Source of the DNA: Dictyostelium discoideum
Taxonomy: Eukaryota
Direction of reading: 5' to 3'
Length of the DNA stretch: 64,000 nt
NCBI GenBank assembly: GCA_000004695.1
Contig: CM000151.3
Coordinates: forward strand, 7,680,001-7,744,000
The notes under the pieces were generated by a model. It searched no databases, had not been told where the DNA came from, and was given only the letters and a program-made list of their open reading frames with translations. The translations under genes and the position numbers were made by a program. Below, one piece after another: positions 13,588-27,251 of this stretch. How positions within the stretch are numbered: the first letter of the stretch is position 1; every line of letters starts with the position of its first letter.

Positions 13588-13632
<45 letters not shown>

Positions 13633-13780
13633 TTGTATATATTTACCTTTTATGTGGCTCGTCATCTATTTTTCGAACTTCATGTGCCTCTTTTGAAGCA
13701 CTTTTATCATTTGATTTGAATGCACTTGAAGCAACACTAAGATTTCGTGTTCTTAACGTTATACTAGGTCTTCCAATCAT
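12473..13780 (-). CDS. VIT1/CCC1-family (vacuolar iron/manganese transporter-like) membrane protein. Three exons about 13647..13780, 12695..13412 and 12473..12589, about 322 aa.
   Basis: Exon 1 ([16 protein letters not shown]...EPHK) has a GTAAAT donor. Exon 2 ([25 protein letters not shown]...poly-N...[31 protein letters not shown]...[10 protein letters not shown]...LIGSFK) has a GTTTGT donor. Exon 3 is [38 protein letters not shown]. The topology and conserved acidic cytoplasmic loop are typical of the VIT family. The track ORF 12590..13459 is this gene with intron read-through at both ends. Confidence 0.65.
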
Positions 13781-14172
13781 TTAATAAAATTTTTTTTTTT
13801 TTTTTTCTCTTAATATATTCTACGTTATTATGCAAACCTTCTTAAATTTTTTTATTTTATTTCAAAAACTTTTTTTTTTTTTTTTGAATGAATGAATTAA
13901 TTCCAAAACGTTTTGAATGAAAAAAATAAAAAAAAATAAAAAAAATAAAAAATAAAAAAATTAAAAAAAAAATAAAATCCAAATTTTATTATTAATGATA
14001 TAGTAATTAGTTTTTTTTTTTTAAAAAAAAAAGATCCGAAAATGATGGTTTGTACAAAAATAATAATAATAAATATTATTATTTCAAAGATTTTTTTAAA
14101 TATATATTTGTATTAGAAACCATAGAAAAAAAATAATTCAAGAAACTTTTTTTTTTTTTATATGATTATATA

Positions 14173-14226
<54 letters not shown>

Positions 14227-14316
14227 CATTTTAAATAAGTGCACTTTTGATTAATATCTCAATCAGATTGAGATATTTTTTTATTTTTTATTTTATTTTT
14301 AATAATTTTTTATTTT

Positions 14317-14347
<31 letters not shown>

Positions 14348-14599
14348 TTTTATTTTTATAATATTAAAAAAAAAAAAAAAAGTGGTGAGCGGATAATTAA
14401 AGTAATAAACTTTTACCTATATGTCCTTCATATGTTTTAATTTATATTAAATTATTAGTTTATTAGGTAATAATCTAAAATAAAATTTAAAATTTTAAAA
14501 ATTAAAAAATTAAAAATTAAAAATAATAATAAAAATAAAAATTAATAATTATAATAATTACAATAATTATAATAATAAATAATAATTATAATAAATAAT

Positions 14600-16289
14600 A
14601 TGTCAGAAGAGAAACTACCACTTTTATCTCCATTAAATGAAAATGATATTGAAAATGACTATAAAGATGAAAATTTAAAAAGTGATTTAGATAAATTATC
14701 AAATGTAAAAAAACAATCAATAATTCAAAGATTTAAAGATTATTTGAAAAATTCAATTTCAAAACAAACTGCCACTGTTTTAGTTTATGTTGTTTTATAT
14801 ATTCTTTCAGGTGTTATCAATAGTTTATTACTAAAGAAGGTAATGAATGTATTTACAAACTATGGTTTCTTTTTAAAGTAATTATTATAATAAAATTAAA
14901 AATAAAAAAAAAAATAAAAAAAAAAGTGAATAGAAAAAAAAAAAAAAATTTATTTTTTACTAAAAAATTTCCCATTTTTTTTTTGTATTTTATTTTTATT
15001 TTTATTTATTTTTATTTCTCTCTCTAGTCAATTAACAAATTATGGATATGTTCCAATTTTTGGAGCTATAGTACTTTATAAAATATTATTTACAAATGAT
15101 ATACCAAAAGATACTAGATCATTCCCACAATGGAAATTTGTTATTATGGGAGCATTGGATGCAGTTACAGGTTATTTTGTAGTTATTGGCGGTATTAAAA
15201 CAACAGGACCTTTACAACAGTTATTAAATCAATCAGTTATTCCATTCACAATGTTATTATCTTTCATTTTCTTAAAAGAGAGATACTCATTAATTCAATT
15301 AGGTGGTGCATTAATTATTATAGGTGGTGTTGTAGTCTCATTAATTCCTTCATTAACTGGTGGTAACACTAGTGGTAATATGTTATTTTATAATTTCTTT
15401 TATTTAATTTCAATGATTCCATATGCATTTTCAAATGTTTATAAAGCAATTGGTATTTATTTTTTTAAAATTTAAAAAGTTTAAAGAAATAATAATTAAT
15501 AATAATTTTTTTTTTTTTTTTTTTTAATAATTATAAGGATTTTCAACTGTTGAAGATATGGATGTTTGGTATTTACAATATTTTGATGCATTATATCAAT
15601 CATTAGTTGGTACAGTATTATTTCCAATTAATAATTGGTTACCACCACCATCAGATATGAAATTCAATCAAGTTATACCACAATTAAAAGCAGGTGGAAA
15701 ATGTTTAGGTGGTATAAATACATTGATTGAACAATATAATTCTACAACTGGTGAATTGTTACCAACATCTTGTAATTATGGTGATAATTTAGGTTGTGAT
15801 AATTGTCATGGTGCATGGGTGGTTGTATTGATTTATATGGCTGTAAATGTATTATATAATGTATTCATTCTATTAGTATTAAAGCATGCTGGTGCAACAG
15901 TATTTTCAATTGCAAATACTCTACGTTTACCTTTAACTAATATTGCATTCTCTTTTAAATTCATTATGGGTTCTGATTCAAATCCTTTCTCTGGTTTATC
16001 AGTTGCAGGTTTATGCATAATTTTATTAGGTTTGGGTGGCTATAGAGTTGGTTCAATGATTAAACAAAAGAAAGAAGCAGCTGCTTCTGCCGATTCTTCA
16101 TCTAATACTGAAAATAAAGTTATTCCAAAAGTTTTCCCTACTCAATTTGGTGAAGTATCGATAATAATAAAGAAAAAAGTCCCTCCAAAATCTCAAACTC
16201 ATTTAAGAAATCAATTCTTTGGTAAATTAGGTATTACTGTACCTGAATCAAAATTAAGAAATCAAAATAGTATTTATGGTGATCAATAA
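14600..16289 (+). CDS. Chloroquine-resistance-transporter-like (CRT-like, DMT superfamily) membrane protein. Three exons about 14600..14877, 15028..15452 and 15538..16289, 484 aa.
   Basis: LLLKKVMNVFTNYGFFL|NQLTNYGYVPIFG...MGALDAVTGYFVVIGGIKTTGPLQQLLNQSVIPFTMLLSFIFLKERY...AFSNVYKAIG|FSTVEDMDVWYLQ...CDNCHGAW... aligns with PfCRT and the Dictyostelium crtp family. Donors are GTAATT and GTATTT, phases are consistent, and the total is 1455 nt. Confidence 0.75.
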
Positions 16290-16332
16290 TAAATAAAAAT
16301 AAATGGTTGTATTTTTTTGTTTTTTTTTTAAA

Positions 16333-17427
16333 TTAATTTAATATATTTATTATTTTTAAAAATTCACTATTATTATTATTATCATTATCTTCAATAATTG
16401 TTGAATAATTATTTATAAAAATACCTAAATATTTTAAATTTTTAGGTAATGATGAAATTGATAATTGTTGATTAAAATGTGTTGATCTAAATTCTAATCT
16501 TGTTATTGAATTTGAAAGTGAAGATGGTAAAATTGGTTGATTAAATGATGAATCAAATTTTAATTTTAATAAATTTGGTAATGATTCTGATGATAGTGAA
16601 GATGGTGGTGGGAAAATTGGTTGATTAAATGATGAACCAAATTTTAAAATCCTTAAATTTCTAGGTAATGAATTCGGCAATATAACTTGATTAAAAGATG
16701 ATCCAAATGTTATTTTTTCAATTGAATTTGGTAAAACATTACATTGAATTTCAGTATTAAATGAAACACCAAATTTTAAAACCCTTAATTTCGACAACCC
16801 ATCCAAATCACCAATCTTTAAATAACCATTAAATGTCCAACCAAATTCTAAAAATGTCAATGTCTTTGGTAATGTCCTATCATCCAATTCCTGACAAAAT
16901 GAATCTGACAACTTTATTGAAGTAATTGATTTTGAAAATATTGTCTCATCAATTAAACAATCATAATCTCTACCAAATGAAATATTTTCAACTTTATTTA
17001 ATGATAAATTATTATTATCATCATCATTATTATTATTTGATAATTTTGTAAAATTTTGATTGAAATCTCTATTTAAAATTAAAGTTTTTAAAGTTATTGG
17101 TATTTGAAATTGATTTTGATTAAAGTTTAATGAATATTTAAGATCAATTAATTCAACGCCAATTGGTAATGATTTGATGGGTTGATTAAAGTATTTACCA
17201 AATTTTAAATATTTAATTGTATTATCTGGTATTAAATTTATTGGTATCTCTATATTCATATCCCATTCCATTTTTACCAAATATTCTTTATCTTTAAATA
17301 ACTTATATTGTTCAACATTTTTAAAAACATTATACTTTTTACTATAATTTTTATATAATCTTAATATTTTAAAAATAATATTTTTTATATATAAATTTCT
17401 AAATACTTTATAAAATAAAATATCCAT
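16333..17427 (-). CDS. FNIP-repeat-containing protein (Dictyostelium-expanded FNIP/DUF repeat family), 364 aa.
   Basis: Tandem ~22-aa repeats with LP.sL..L.FG..FNQ.I periodicity, for example LPNSIEKITFGSSFNQVILPNSLPRNLRILKFGSSFNQPI. Confidence 0.8.
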   Translation of the reverse strand: MDILFYKVFRNLYIKNIIFKILRLYKNYSKKYNVFKNVEQYKLFKDKEYLVKMEWDMNIEIPINLIPDNTIKYLKFGKYFNQPIKSLPIGVELIDLKYSLNFNQNQFQIPITLKTLILNRDFNQNFTKLSNNNNDDDNNNLSLNKVENISFGRDYDCLIDETIFSKSITSIKLSDSFCQELDDRTLPKTLTFLEFGWTFNGYLKIGDLDGLSKLRVLKFGVSFNTEIQCNVLPNSIEKITFGSSFNQVILPNSLPRNLRILKFGSSFNQPIFPPPSSLSSESLPNLLKLKFDSSFNQPILPSSLSNSITRLEFRSTHFNQQLSISSLPKNLKYLGIFINNYSTIIEDNDNNNNSEFLKIINILN

Positions 17428-17696
17428 AATCTTTTATTTTAATAATGAAAAGAACAAATGAAAAATTATAAAAAAAAACACGAAAATGGAAAAAAAAAAA
17501 AAAAAAAAAAAACAATTTTTTTTCTTTTTTTTGTTTTTTAAAATAAAAAACTATATATATATAAAAAAATGATAGAATATTTAAAAAAAGTTATTTTTTG
17601 ATATATGATTTTGTTTTTTTGTATGGTGTTAAAAAACACCTTTTGTTATTCTTTTTAAAAAGAAGACCTAAGGTCTGAGTTGTATCAGGAGATTGT

Positions 17697-18023
17697 TTAT
17701 GAGTTGAAACCGTATAAAGTTCTACCTTGTCTCTTGAGAGCATAGACTACATCCATAGCAGTAACAGTACGACGACCTGCATGTTCAGTGTATGCGACGG
17801 AATCACGAATAACGTTGGTTAAGAAAGTACGTAATACATTTCTAGTTTCTTCGTAGATTGGGAAAGAGATACGTTTGACACCACCTCTACGGGCTAAACG
17901 ACGGATGGCTGGCTTAGTAATACCGTTGATGTGTTCCTTTTGGGTTTTCTTATGACGTTTGGCACCAACTTTACCACCGACTTTACCACCTGTCTTACCA
18001 CCTCTTGATTGTGCTGAACTCAT
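17697..18023 (-). CDS. H4a: Histone H4, 108 aa, single exon.
   Basis: [11 protein letters not shown]...[21 protein letters not shown]...[50 protein letters not shown] is nearly identical to canonical H4 apart from a divergent N-terminal tail. The paralogue symbol is tentative. Confidence 0.95.
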   Translation of the reverse strand: MSSAQSRGGKTGGKVGGKVGAKRHKKTQKEHINGITKPAIRRLARRGGVKRISFPIYEETRNVLRTFLTNVIRDSVAYTEHAGRRTVTAMDVVYALKRQGRTLYGFNS

Positions 18024-19059
18024 TGTTTATTAAAATTTATATATATATTTGAAAATTTAAAAATTTGAAAATAAATTAACTTTAAAATAAAATAAAAAGA
18101 ATTGTTAAAAATTTATTCTCTAAAATTTAAATTTTTTTCTTTTTTTTTTTTTTTTTTAAGTGATCAAGTTATAATTATATTGGAAATTTACCTTATGTTT
18201 ATTCTTTTTAAAAAAATTGTATAATTTAAAAAAAAAAAAAAAAGTTTTTAAATACCTTTCGCGTGTGCTGAAATTTTTTTTTTTTTTTGAGACTGTCAAC
18301 GGTAAAAATAAAAAAAAAACAAAAATCCAAAAATACAAAATTTTTATATGGGGTTTTTTTTAAAAAATGCGTGGATGAATGAAGATACCGCCATTTTTAA
18401 TTTTTTTTTTTAAATGTGAATGTTTTTTAAATTTAAAAGTGAATTTTTTAAAATTTAAAAAAACTGGTGAAAATAACGGTGAAAACTATTTTCATTTTTT
18501 TTTTTTATTTTTTTTTTTATGTTCTTACTTTGGATATTTGCATTAATGTGAAAAAAAAAAAAAAAAAAAATTTATATTTTATAATGATGTTAACTAATAA
18601 AATAAAATAAAATAAAAATAAAATAATGTAGGCACCTATATTAATTAATAGGGTATAATATAAATTAGATTATAAATATCAATAATAATTAATTAATATA
18701 ATAACAATTAATTAATATAATAACAATAATATTTTACATTGAAAAGCTATGCATTGAGGAAAAACTAACTTGTACACTTTTTTTTTTTTTTTATTTTTAT
18801 TTTTAATTTATTTTATTTTTATTTTATTTTATTTTTTTTGTTTTTTATAAAAATTTCTTAGTATTACGAGCACTAAAATTTTTTTTTTTTTCAAAATTTT
18901 TTTTTTTTTTTTTTTATTTCTCATTTGGACGTATCAAATATATTGCCAATTTAAAAAAATAATAAATATATAAATATATTATTTAAATTTAGTTTTTTTA
19001 TTTTTATATATAAAAAATAAACATAAACACGAAAACAAAAAAAAAAAAAAAATTCATAG

Positions 19060-22000
19060 ATGGCAAGATCTGGTGAAAAAAAGAGAAAGTCAACATCATC
19101 CTCTTCAACAACAAAATCAACTCCATCAATAGCAGAAACACCAACATCTACACCTCCAGTAACAACAACATCAACAAAAACTTTGGATGATTCATTACAA
19201 TCACCAAAAAAATTAAAATCAAATAATGGACAACTAACAACAAGTACAGGTTCACCACATCAAAGTAGATTATCATTGGGTGGATCTACTTTGGTTACAA
19301 AAGATATACCTGAAAGTAGTAAGTAGTATATATATATTTATATTTACATACACAAATATTATTAATCATTTTTTACTAATAATTTGAAAAAATAAATAAA
19401 TAGTTTTATTATCAAGAAAAGGTGAAAAAGAATTAATTGATACACCAAAAAATTTTATTCAATTAAAAATTACATGTAAAGAAATGTTTCAAAATAGTGA
19501 TAATCAAGACATAGATATTTTATTTTCAGATTTATCAAATTTTCCAATTAAAGATGAAATTACTTATCAAAAATTTCTTACTACATCAAATCGTAATGTT
19601 TTAATATGTTATTTTGAAGGTGAAAGAATTTTAGATAATGGTAGTGAAGAAATTTTAGTTGATGTAACACCTTCAAAAAATATTTTATTAAAAGCTGGTA
19701 CTTCAGAATATAAGTAAGTTTTTTTTTTTTAAAATTAAAAAAAAAAAAAAAATAGAAAAAAAAAAATATAAAATTAATAATAAATTTATTATTATTTTAG
19801 TTTTCCAAATGCAATTGCAGAATTTATTGATAATTCAATTCAAGCAGTAAGATTAAATCCACCAGGTAAAAGAGAGATCAAGGTTACAATCAATAGACCA
19901 AATTCAGATTTAAGGACGACATCAATTAGAATTTGGGATAATGGATGTGGTATGAATAAAGATGCTTTACAAAGATGGGCGACTATGGGTTTAAGTCAAG
20001 CAGATTTATTGGATATAAATGGAAATGATAGTGGTAATAATAGTAATGGTGGTGAAGGTGGATCAGCCACAGGGGCAGCTTCATCATCAAATAATAATAA
20101 TAATAATAATAAACAATTGGCACATTCAAGTGGTAGCGGATCAAGTGAAAAAGCTACAGGTTTAATATCTAGATTTGGTGTTGGTGGTAAGAAAGCAGCA
20201 TTTTATTTAGGTTCAGAGGTGGTTGTAAATACAAAGGTTTGTGGTAATGAATGGGTGAATCAAGCGAAAATTTCATTGGACATTTTAAATTCAACGGGTG
20301 ATCAAGAATGGAAAATACCAATTATCATTAGAGAACCATCAAATGTAGAGAAAAAACATGATCAATTCACAGAGGTTATAATTAACAATGTCAATATGTC
20401 ATCAGAGAATTTCCAATCAACAATGGATTCATTGGCTAGAGATTTAGCTCATATATATTATTATTATTTACACGATGTTGGCGAACAATCTCATTTCACA
20501 CTTGGTGATAATAATTCACCACTTAAAAAACAAAAAACTTTAACATCTTCATCACAAGCTAATGGTACAACTAAAAAATCATCATCACAACAACTAATTG
20601 ATGAAGCAAGTTTAGAAGAGGATGTAGATATAGAAGATGAAGATGAAGATGATGAGGATTATGAAGAGGATCAAGATGAGAATAATAATAATAGTAATTC
20701 ACAATCATCATCATCATCATCATCACGTTATAGAATTAATTATTCAAATGATAAAAAGAATTCATATAAATTAATGTTAAATGATAAGGATTTAAGTGAT
20801 GTAGATGATTGTATTGAATCACAATATATTAAACAAGGTAAAAGATTTAAAGTTTTCGATTTCTCAATACCAATTAAAGACGCATCAACTGGTTTAGCAA
20901 ATAATGCAAAGGTGGTGTGTCATTTACGTTATTTCCCATTTTTGAATGAACATGAATCAATGCCAATACCAAATAAAATCCTTCAAGATTCACCAGAGCT
21001 AAATTTGAAAACTTGTCCATTATCTTTAAGAAAGCCAGGTTTTGAAGTTTTTTGGAATGGTAGATTAATTTCAGAGGCACATATCGATCGTTTAGGTTTT
21101 ATGTCCACTGGTACATTGGAAGGTTCAAAAATTGAAGAGAGATGGGTACAAAGAGTAAAGGGTGCAATCTTTTTAACATCTCATTTCCCTGTAACTCATA
21201 ATAAAATGCATATAATCAAAGAGTCACCAGTTTTTGATCTATTGGATCAACCTGCTGCAGGTGGTAAAATTGCAAAACTTGAATGGAAACGTTGGTTACT
21301 TCAATGTCATAAACTCGATCAAGACATTCAGTTCAAAGGTGCCAAATACGATACGGTCTCAAATAGAACCACTTGTGAAACCATCACTATTCGTGGTTTA
21401 ACAGTTGCCATTGATGACGCAGTTCAAATCGCACGTCTTCATAAGGGTATTGTAAAATCAATCTATTTCATTGGTCGTCCAGATTATCGTGCTTCCGATT
21501 TCTATGTTGAAATCGATAAACTTCATTATAAACAAATACCAACTGAAAGTTTTCTTTGTTCAAAAATTTCTAAAAAATTCTCAAAAAATGAATATATCAC
21601 ATTGATTCAAGCTTGTAAGAAAAGGTTACCTTCAAAAATTAAATTCTTTGAAGGTGATAAAGCAAATTTACCAAAGGAGGTCTATTTAGCCGGTGAAAAA
21701 ATCAAATGGGTCTCTTGTACACTCATGGATAGTCAAAATCCTCCAAAAGAAGTTGAAAGAAAAATCATCGAGGAAGAATCCTACAAAATAATGTTTAGTG
21801 TAATCTATCAACCAACCGGTGAAAATGTACATAAAATGGAAACTAGTGTCTTCTATGACTCTTCACGTGTTTCTTTTGGTGATATAGATTGTTTCAAACG
21901 TACTGGTACTTATAGTTTAATTTTCGAATGTAATGATAAATCTGTTAAAAAAGCAACTCATTTCGTTTCAGTAGTTGCTGGTAAACCAACTTCAATTAAA

Positions 22001-25000
22001 GCAACATTGGAAGGTATTGAAGATATTAAATCTTTAAAAGTTCAAATTGGTCAACAATTACCACCTCTTTTAATCTCTTTAATTGATAATGATAGTAATT
22101 TAGTATCAATAAATCAAATACCAAAGAAATTACAATTTAAAGCATTTTCATTAGATGATGATGAAAATGAAGATAATGATTCTCAAACTTTATCATCATC
22201 TCCACCACAAGATAAAGATGATAAAATGGATACAGATGAAATAAATAATAATAGTAATAGTAATAGTAGTAATAATAATAATAATATTAATAGTAATGGT
22301 ATTGGTTTAATTGGTGGTAAGGAAATTACATTAAGTAAATCAAATATAACAAGTGAATTAGTTAATAATCAAATTATTGTAAAAGGTTTAGTATTACCAA
22401 AAGCAGAATTAAATGACGAATCAGAATTATTGGTAACTATTCAAATTGTTATGGATGAATTTAAATTAAGAATACAACCTTTTACATTGATTTCAGGTGA
22501 ACCAGTTACAATGACATTCACAGAGCAATTAACATTTATAGATTCACCAAAAGGTCAATTAAAACCAAATGTTGATGAATTGGATGGTTATATGAATCTA
22601 ACTTATTTACCTCATTTCTATGTTTTTGTAAATGATAAAGATGGTAACATTTGTAGATTACCATCAAAGAAACCAGTTTCAACCATAACAAATAGTACAC
22701 AAACTACAGGAAGAGGTAGAAAACCAAAACAACAAGTTCAACAAGCTTCAGCCATGGCAGAGAATCCACCATTTTATATTATGGTTAGATCGGATAGTTT
22801 TGATGAATCAATTTATTATGTTTGCGATGAAAAAGGTTGTTTCTCATTATGTACTTATACAATTAGTGGTATTACAAAAAATCCAAGAGTTACTCCACCA
22901 CCAACAGCAATTTTAATTCATGAAAAAGTTGAAAAAGATTTTGAACCTGATGAACCTACTACAACTATAACAACAACACAATCAAAAAATAAAAAGAAAC
23001 AACAACAACAACAACAAGAACAAAATTCTTATTCAATTGCAACAATTAGTTTTACATTATTTAAAGATATGAATGAGTTATTTACAGTATCACAAAAAAT
23101 TAAAATTTTACCATCATTTAAACCATCTTATATTACATTACATCCATTAACTGATATTATTGAGGTTGATAAAGATTCATTTACAACTCAAGCTTCAGCA
23201 GAAATTAAATTTGGTATAAAAATTTTAAGTGCTGGTGGTGGTAATAGAGGTCCTTTCTTATTGAATGGTTTAATTGGATCAGTTCAACCTGGTTGGTCAC
23301 CAAAAACATTGGATTTCCAAATGAATAGTACTGCAAGTGATTCAATTGCCACTGGTAGTATGGTGATTTTACCAACGATCGTTGCCGATAGAAATACACG
23401 TTTCAATAGATATAATGTTTCAGTCGATATTCCATTGGGTAAACAAACGGTGAAACAATTCTCTTTAATGGCAGAGAATAAAGATCATATTATCACATTG
23501 AAAAAGGATTTCACAATTCAAACCGTTGGAGGTGCACCATCTTATTTCGTTTGTAATTTGGGTCGTGGTGTTGGTGCCGCTAGATGTGATAGTGAAATCA
23601 CATTGGAGATTGGATTGAATGATCGTCGTCATAATCCTGTCGCACCAAGTAATTTAAAATCAACAAAACCAATTGAACCATTCTTTGAACTTTCTTATCA
23701 ACAAGGTTATAGCTCTCAAATTCCATGTTTCATAAAGAGTCAAAGTGTTGGTGAGTTTGATGTCGATAAAAATATTTATCCTTGTAAGGTAACCGTGGTT
23801 GGATTTGGTAAACTAAACATTAAAGTCATTGATAAAAGTCAACAAATTAGTGAATGTTCAATGAATTTCGATTGTATCGAAGGTAGAGCCGCTCAACTTT
23901 GTGTTAATGGTTCAAATAAAACTACAATTCAGTGTAGTGGTGGCCAATTATTAGATGAAATTACATTTTTGGTTTGTGATACTCAAGGTAACCCAACCCG
24001 TTCTATCACTGGTGTCGATACTGAGTTAGAATGGGTGGATTTTACTTCACCATCGTCTGTACCAATCGATATTAAAAGTAGAGTTAAAATATCAAAGGGT
24101 GAAGGTAAGCTAAGTAATTTAGAAGTTAAAGCAAATGCTGAGGAGGGTACTTTTGTATTACGTGTTAAACCAAAACAATTGGATATTCAAGAGGCATTGG
24201 TTTCATTTGTTGTACGTGGTAAATTTTCAATAGTTTTATTAGATTCTCAAAGTTTACGTATCACTCCAACCAATTCAATCACATCACTCTCTGTTATGTT
24301 ATTAAATCCTGATAAAGTTCCAATGGTCGTACCAAAAGAAACAATGAAACTTTTAACTGTAAATAAAACTTATCCATGCACTGAAATCACTTTCCCCAAT
24401 GATGACGAAACTAAACCAGTCTATTTATTCAATGGTGTTGCATTCCCAAAGAAAGCTGGTCCAACCACTGTAACCTTTACTCATAATGTACGTAGTTCAA
24501 AGAATACTAAAATTCAAATGGAACAAGTTTTAATCGTTCATCCAGATTATCCAACCAAACTTTCAATTTGTGGTCAAATTAAATTTTCACCAACAACTTC
24601 AATACTTGGTCAAAAAATTGGTATCATTGCAACTGATAACTTTGATAATACTGTAGTAGTTGATGGTTCAATTAGAGTTACCATTGAAATTTCACCAAAT
24701 CATCCAAATGCTGGTTCATCCAATAGTAATTATGTTTTACCTACATTTTCAACTACTACTGGCGGCGGTGGCTCAAATAATAGTACTTATTTAGAAGAAT
24801 CATTTAAATCAATGGATGGTGAAGCAACATTTGAAGAATTAAAACTTAGAGATTCAATTGGTACAAGTGGTCCATTCCAATTGGTTTTCACTCCACATAT
24901 ACCTTCAATTCCAACTATTGAACCATTAAGAATTGAATTCTTTTATCAAAATCAAAAAGAATCATTAGATAAAAAAGTTAAACTTCAACAACAACGTGTT

Positions 25001-26086
25001 ATACTAGGTAATGAAATTAGTGATATTGATAAAGAACTTGAGGAATTAAAACAACAACAATCGAAAATTTTAAATGAATACACCAATTCAAAACACCAAG
25101 CCGATGAAATATTTAATCATCTTTCATCATTAATACCAAATTTAAATCCTGAAGCAAAAACTAATCCCGAGACTATAAAGAAATTAATTTCACAAACAAC
25201 TCAAGAGATTGAAGAGTTAACCAATAGTAATCGTCGTCGTCCACCTTATCCAAATAATCCAACATCTCGTGAACTTTTCGAAATACAACGTTCCACCAAT
25301 GATTCTGGTATAGTTGGTGTAATTATGGATTTGTTTTTCGTTGATGATGAACGTTTAGGTCAATGTTTAGCCAACTTTTTAAAATCTAAAATGGAGGGAG
25401 TTGTATTCCAAAACAAACAAACCTTTAGTCATTATTATGATCGTTATAGTAGTAAATCGGTTCAACCGGTTTTCTTTGTTTCTTTGGATACTCTAATACC
25501 TTTTACACCAAAGAAAAGATATCAAAATGGAAGTCAACAATCTCAATACCCTCAACCAACTCCTCCAAATCAATTGGATATTCAAACCTATGATGGAGCA
25601 CCAACTGCTGGTTTCGTTGGTTTCGTTGTAAATAAAGTTCAATTAAGAGAAAAACATGAATTCCTTAGACCAACACTTTGCTTCACTCTATTCAAAGAGA
25701 TGATGATTTTCAATACCCTCAAACAAGCTATGGAATATAAGAATTTTGCCGCTCAAAGAAAATTCCTTTCACCACCAATCATTTGCCTAGAGAATGGTGA
25801 GTATTTGGATTCTTCTGGTTTCGTTGAAATTGGTAGAGTTCCAAACTCTAGAAATTGGCATCAAAATTTAGGTCAACTTCCTCCAAATGAAACACCAGAG
25901 TTTGCTCAATTAAAAGCTAAAAAGAATGTACTAGAGGAATATCGTATCATTAAACATAAAATGCATTCAAATAAAAAAGGTGCTGAAGTTCAAGATTATA
26001 TGAATAAAATAGATGGTTTAAAACAACAAAAGAAAGAAAAATCCGCACAATTATTACAAGTTACAAATGAAATTTCAAATATATAA
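19060..26086 (+). CDS. SMCHD1-like protein (N-terminal GHKL ATPase plus C-terminal SMC-hinge-like domain). Three exons about 19060..19318, 19404..19713 and 19801..26086, about 2284 aa.
   Basis: Exon 1 is S/T-rich (GTAAGT donor). Exon 2 is ...ILLSRKGEKELIDTPKNFIQLKITCKEMFQNSD... (GTAAGT donor). Exon 3 begins NFPNAIAEFIDNSIQAVRLNPPGKREIKVTINRP...IRIWDNGCGMNKDAL...GVGGKKAAFYLGSEVVV, which carries GHKL motifs I (E/IDNS), II (DNGCGM) and a G-rich box. The C-terminus ...IVGVIMDLFFVDDERLGQCLANFLKSKMEGVVFQNKQTFSHYYD...VFFVSLDTL resembles an SMC hinge. All junction phases are consistent, and the total is 6855 nt. Confidence 0.7.
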
Positions 26087-26301
26087 ATAAATATTTTAAA
26101 TAAAATTTTAAATAAAATAAAATAAAATAAATGATAAAGGATTAATAAAATAAAATAAAATAAATAAAATATTTGTTAATTATTAGTTTGATTATAATAA
26201 TATAAATATAATAATATAAAAAAACTAAAACAAATAATAAAACTAATAAAAAAAAAGGAAAAGGAAAAAAGTAAAAAAAGATACAGGTTTAAAATAAAAA
26301 A

Positions 26302-26346
<45 letters not shown>

Positions 26347-27056
26347 TAAAAATAAAATAAATATTTAAATAAATAAATAAATAAAAAAAAAAAAGTAAAA
26401 GATAATTGTTTAAAATTATTATTATAATAATTTTTAAATTTTATCAAAAGATTTACTTGTTATTATTACTTTTTTAATGTGTGCGTTTTTTTTTTTTTTT
26501 TTTATTTATTTATTTTTTTATTTATTTTATTTTTTTAATTTGGTAGCATTACTATTTTTCAAATTTTAATGTACATTAAAATCAACAGAATCACCCACTA
26601 CAAATTCAAAATTCATTGCCAATATTTTTTTATTTATTTTTATTTTTTTATTTTATTTTTTTTGTTTGTATTTATCTATTTTTAACTTATTACCAAAATT
26701 TTTTTCTAAAAAAAAAAAACTACTGCATAGAATTTATTAACACACTTCCTCAAACACTTTGTTTAGGTTATATATAACACAAAATAAATAAAAAATAAAT
26801 TAAATAAAAAATAAATTATTTGATATTTATTTTTTTATTTTTTATTTTTATTTATTTTTATTTTTATTTTTAATTTTTTTTATTTTTATTATCTAAATCA
26901 TAATTCATTATTAATTTTACTATTTATATGTTTAATATATATGGTATATTAATTACAGTTTACTATTACAATAATCAAAAAAAAAATTTTAATTTTAATT
27001 TTAATTTAATAATTAAATAATTAAATAATTAAATAATTAAATAATTAAATAAAAAA

Positions 27057-27129
<73 letters not shown>

Positions 27130-27214
27130 TCAAAATTTAAATTTAATTTTAAATTTAGATAGAATTTATTTAATCATTTTTTAATATATATAAATACATA
27201 TATTTTTTTTTAGG

Positions 27215-27246
<32 letters not shown>

Positions 27247-27251
<5 letters not shown>

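Noticed and set aside
20874-23399. Minus-strand ORFs 20874..21080 and 23205..23399 inside the SMCHD1-like exon.
   Set aside because: They are antisense chance ORFs within a 6.3-kb continuous sense ORF.
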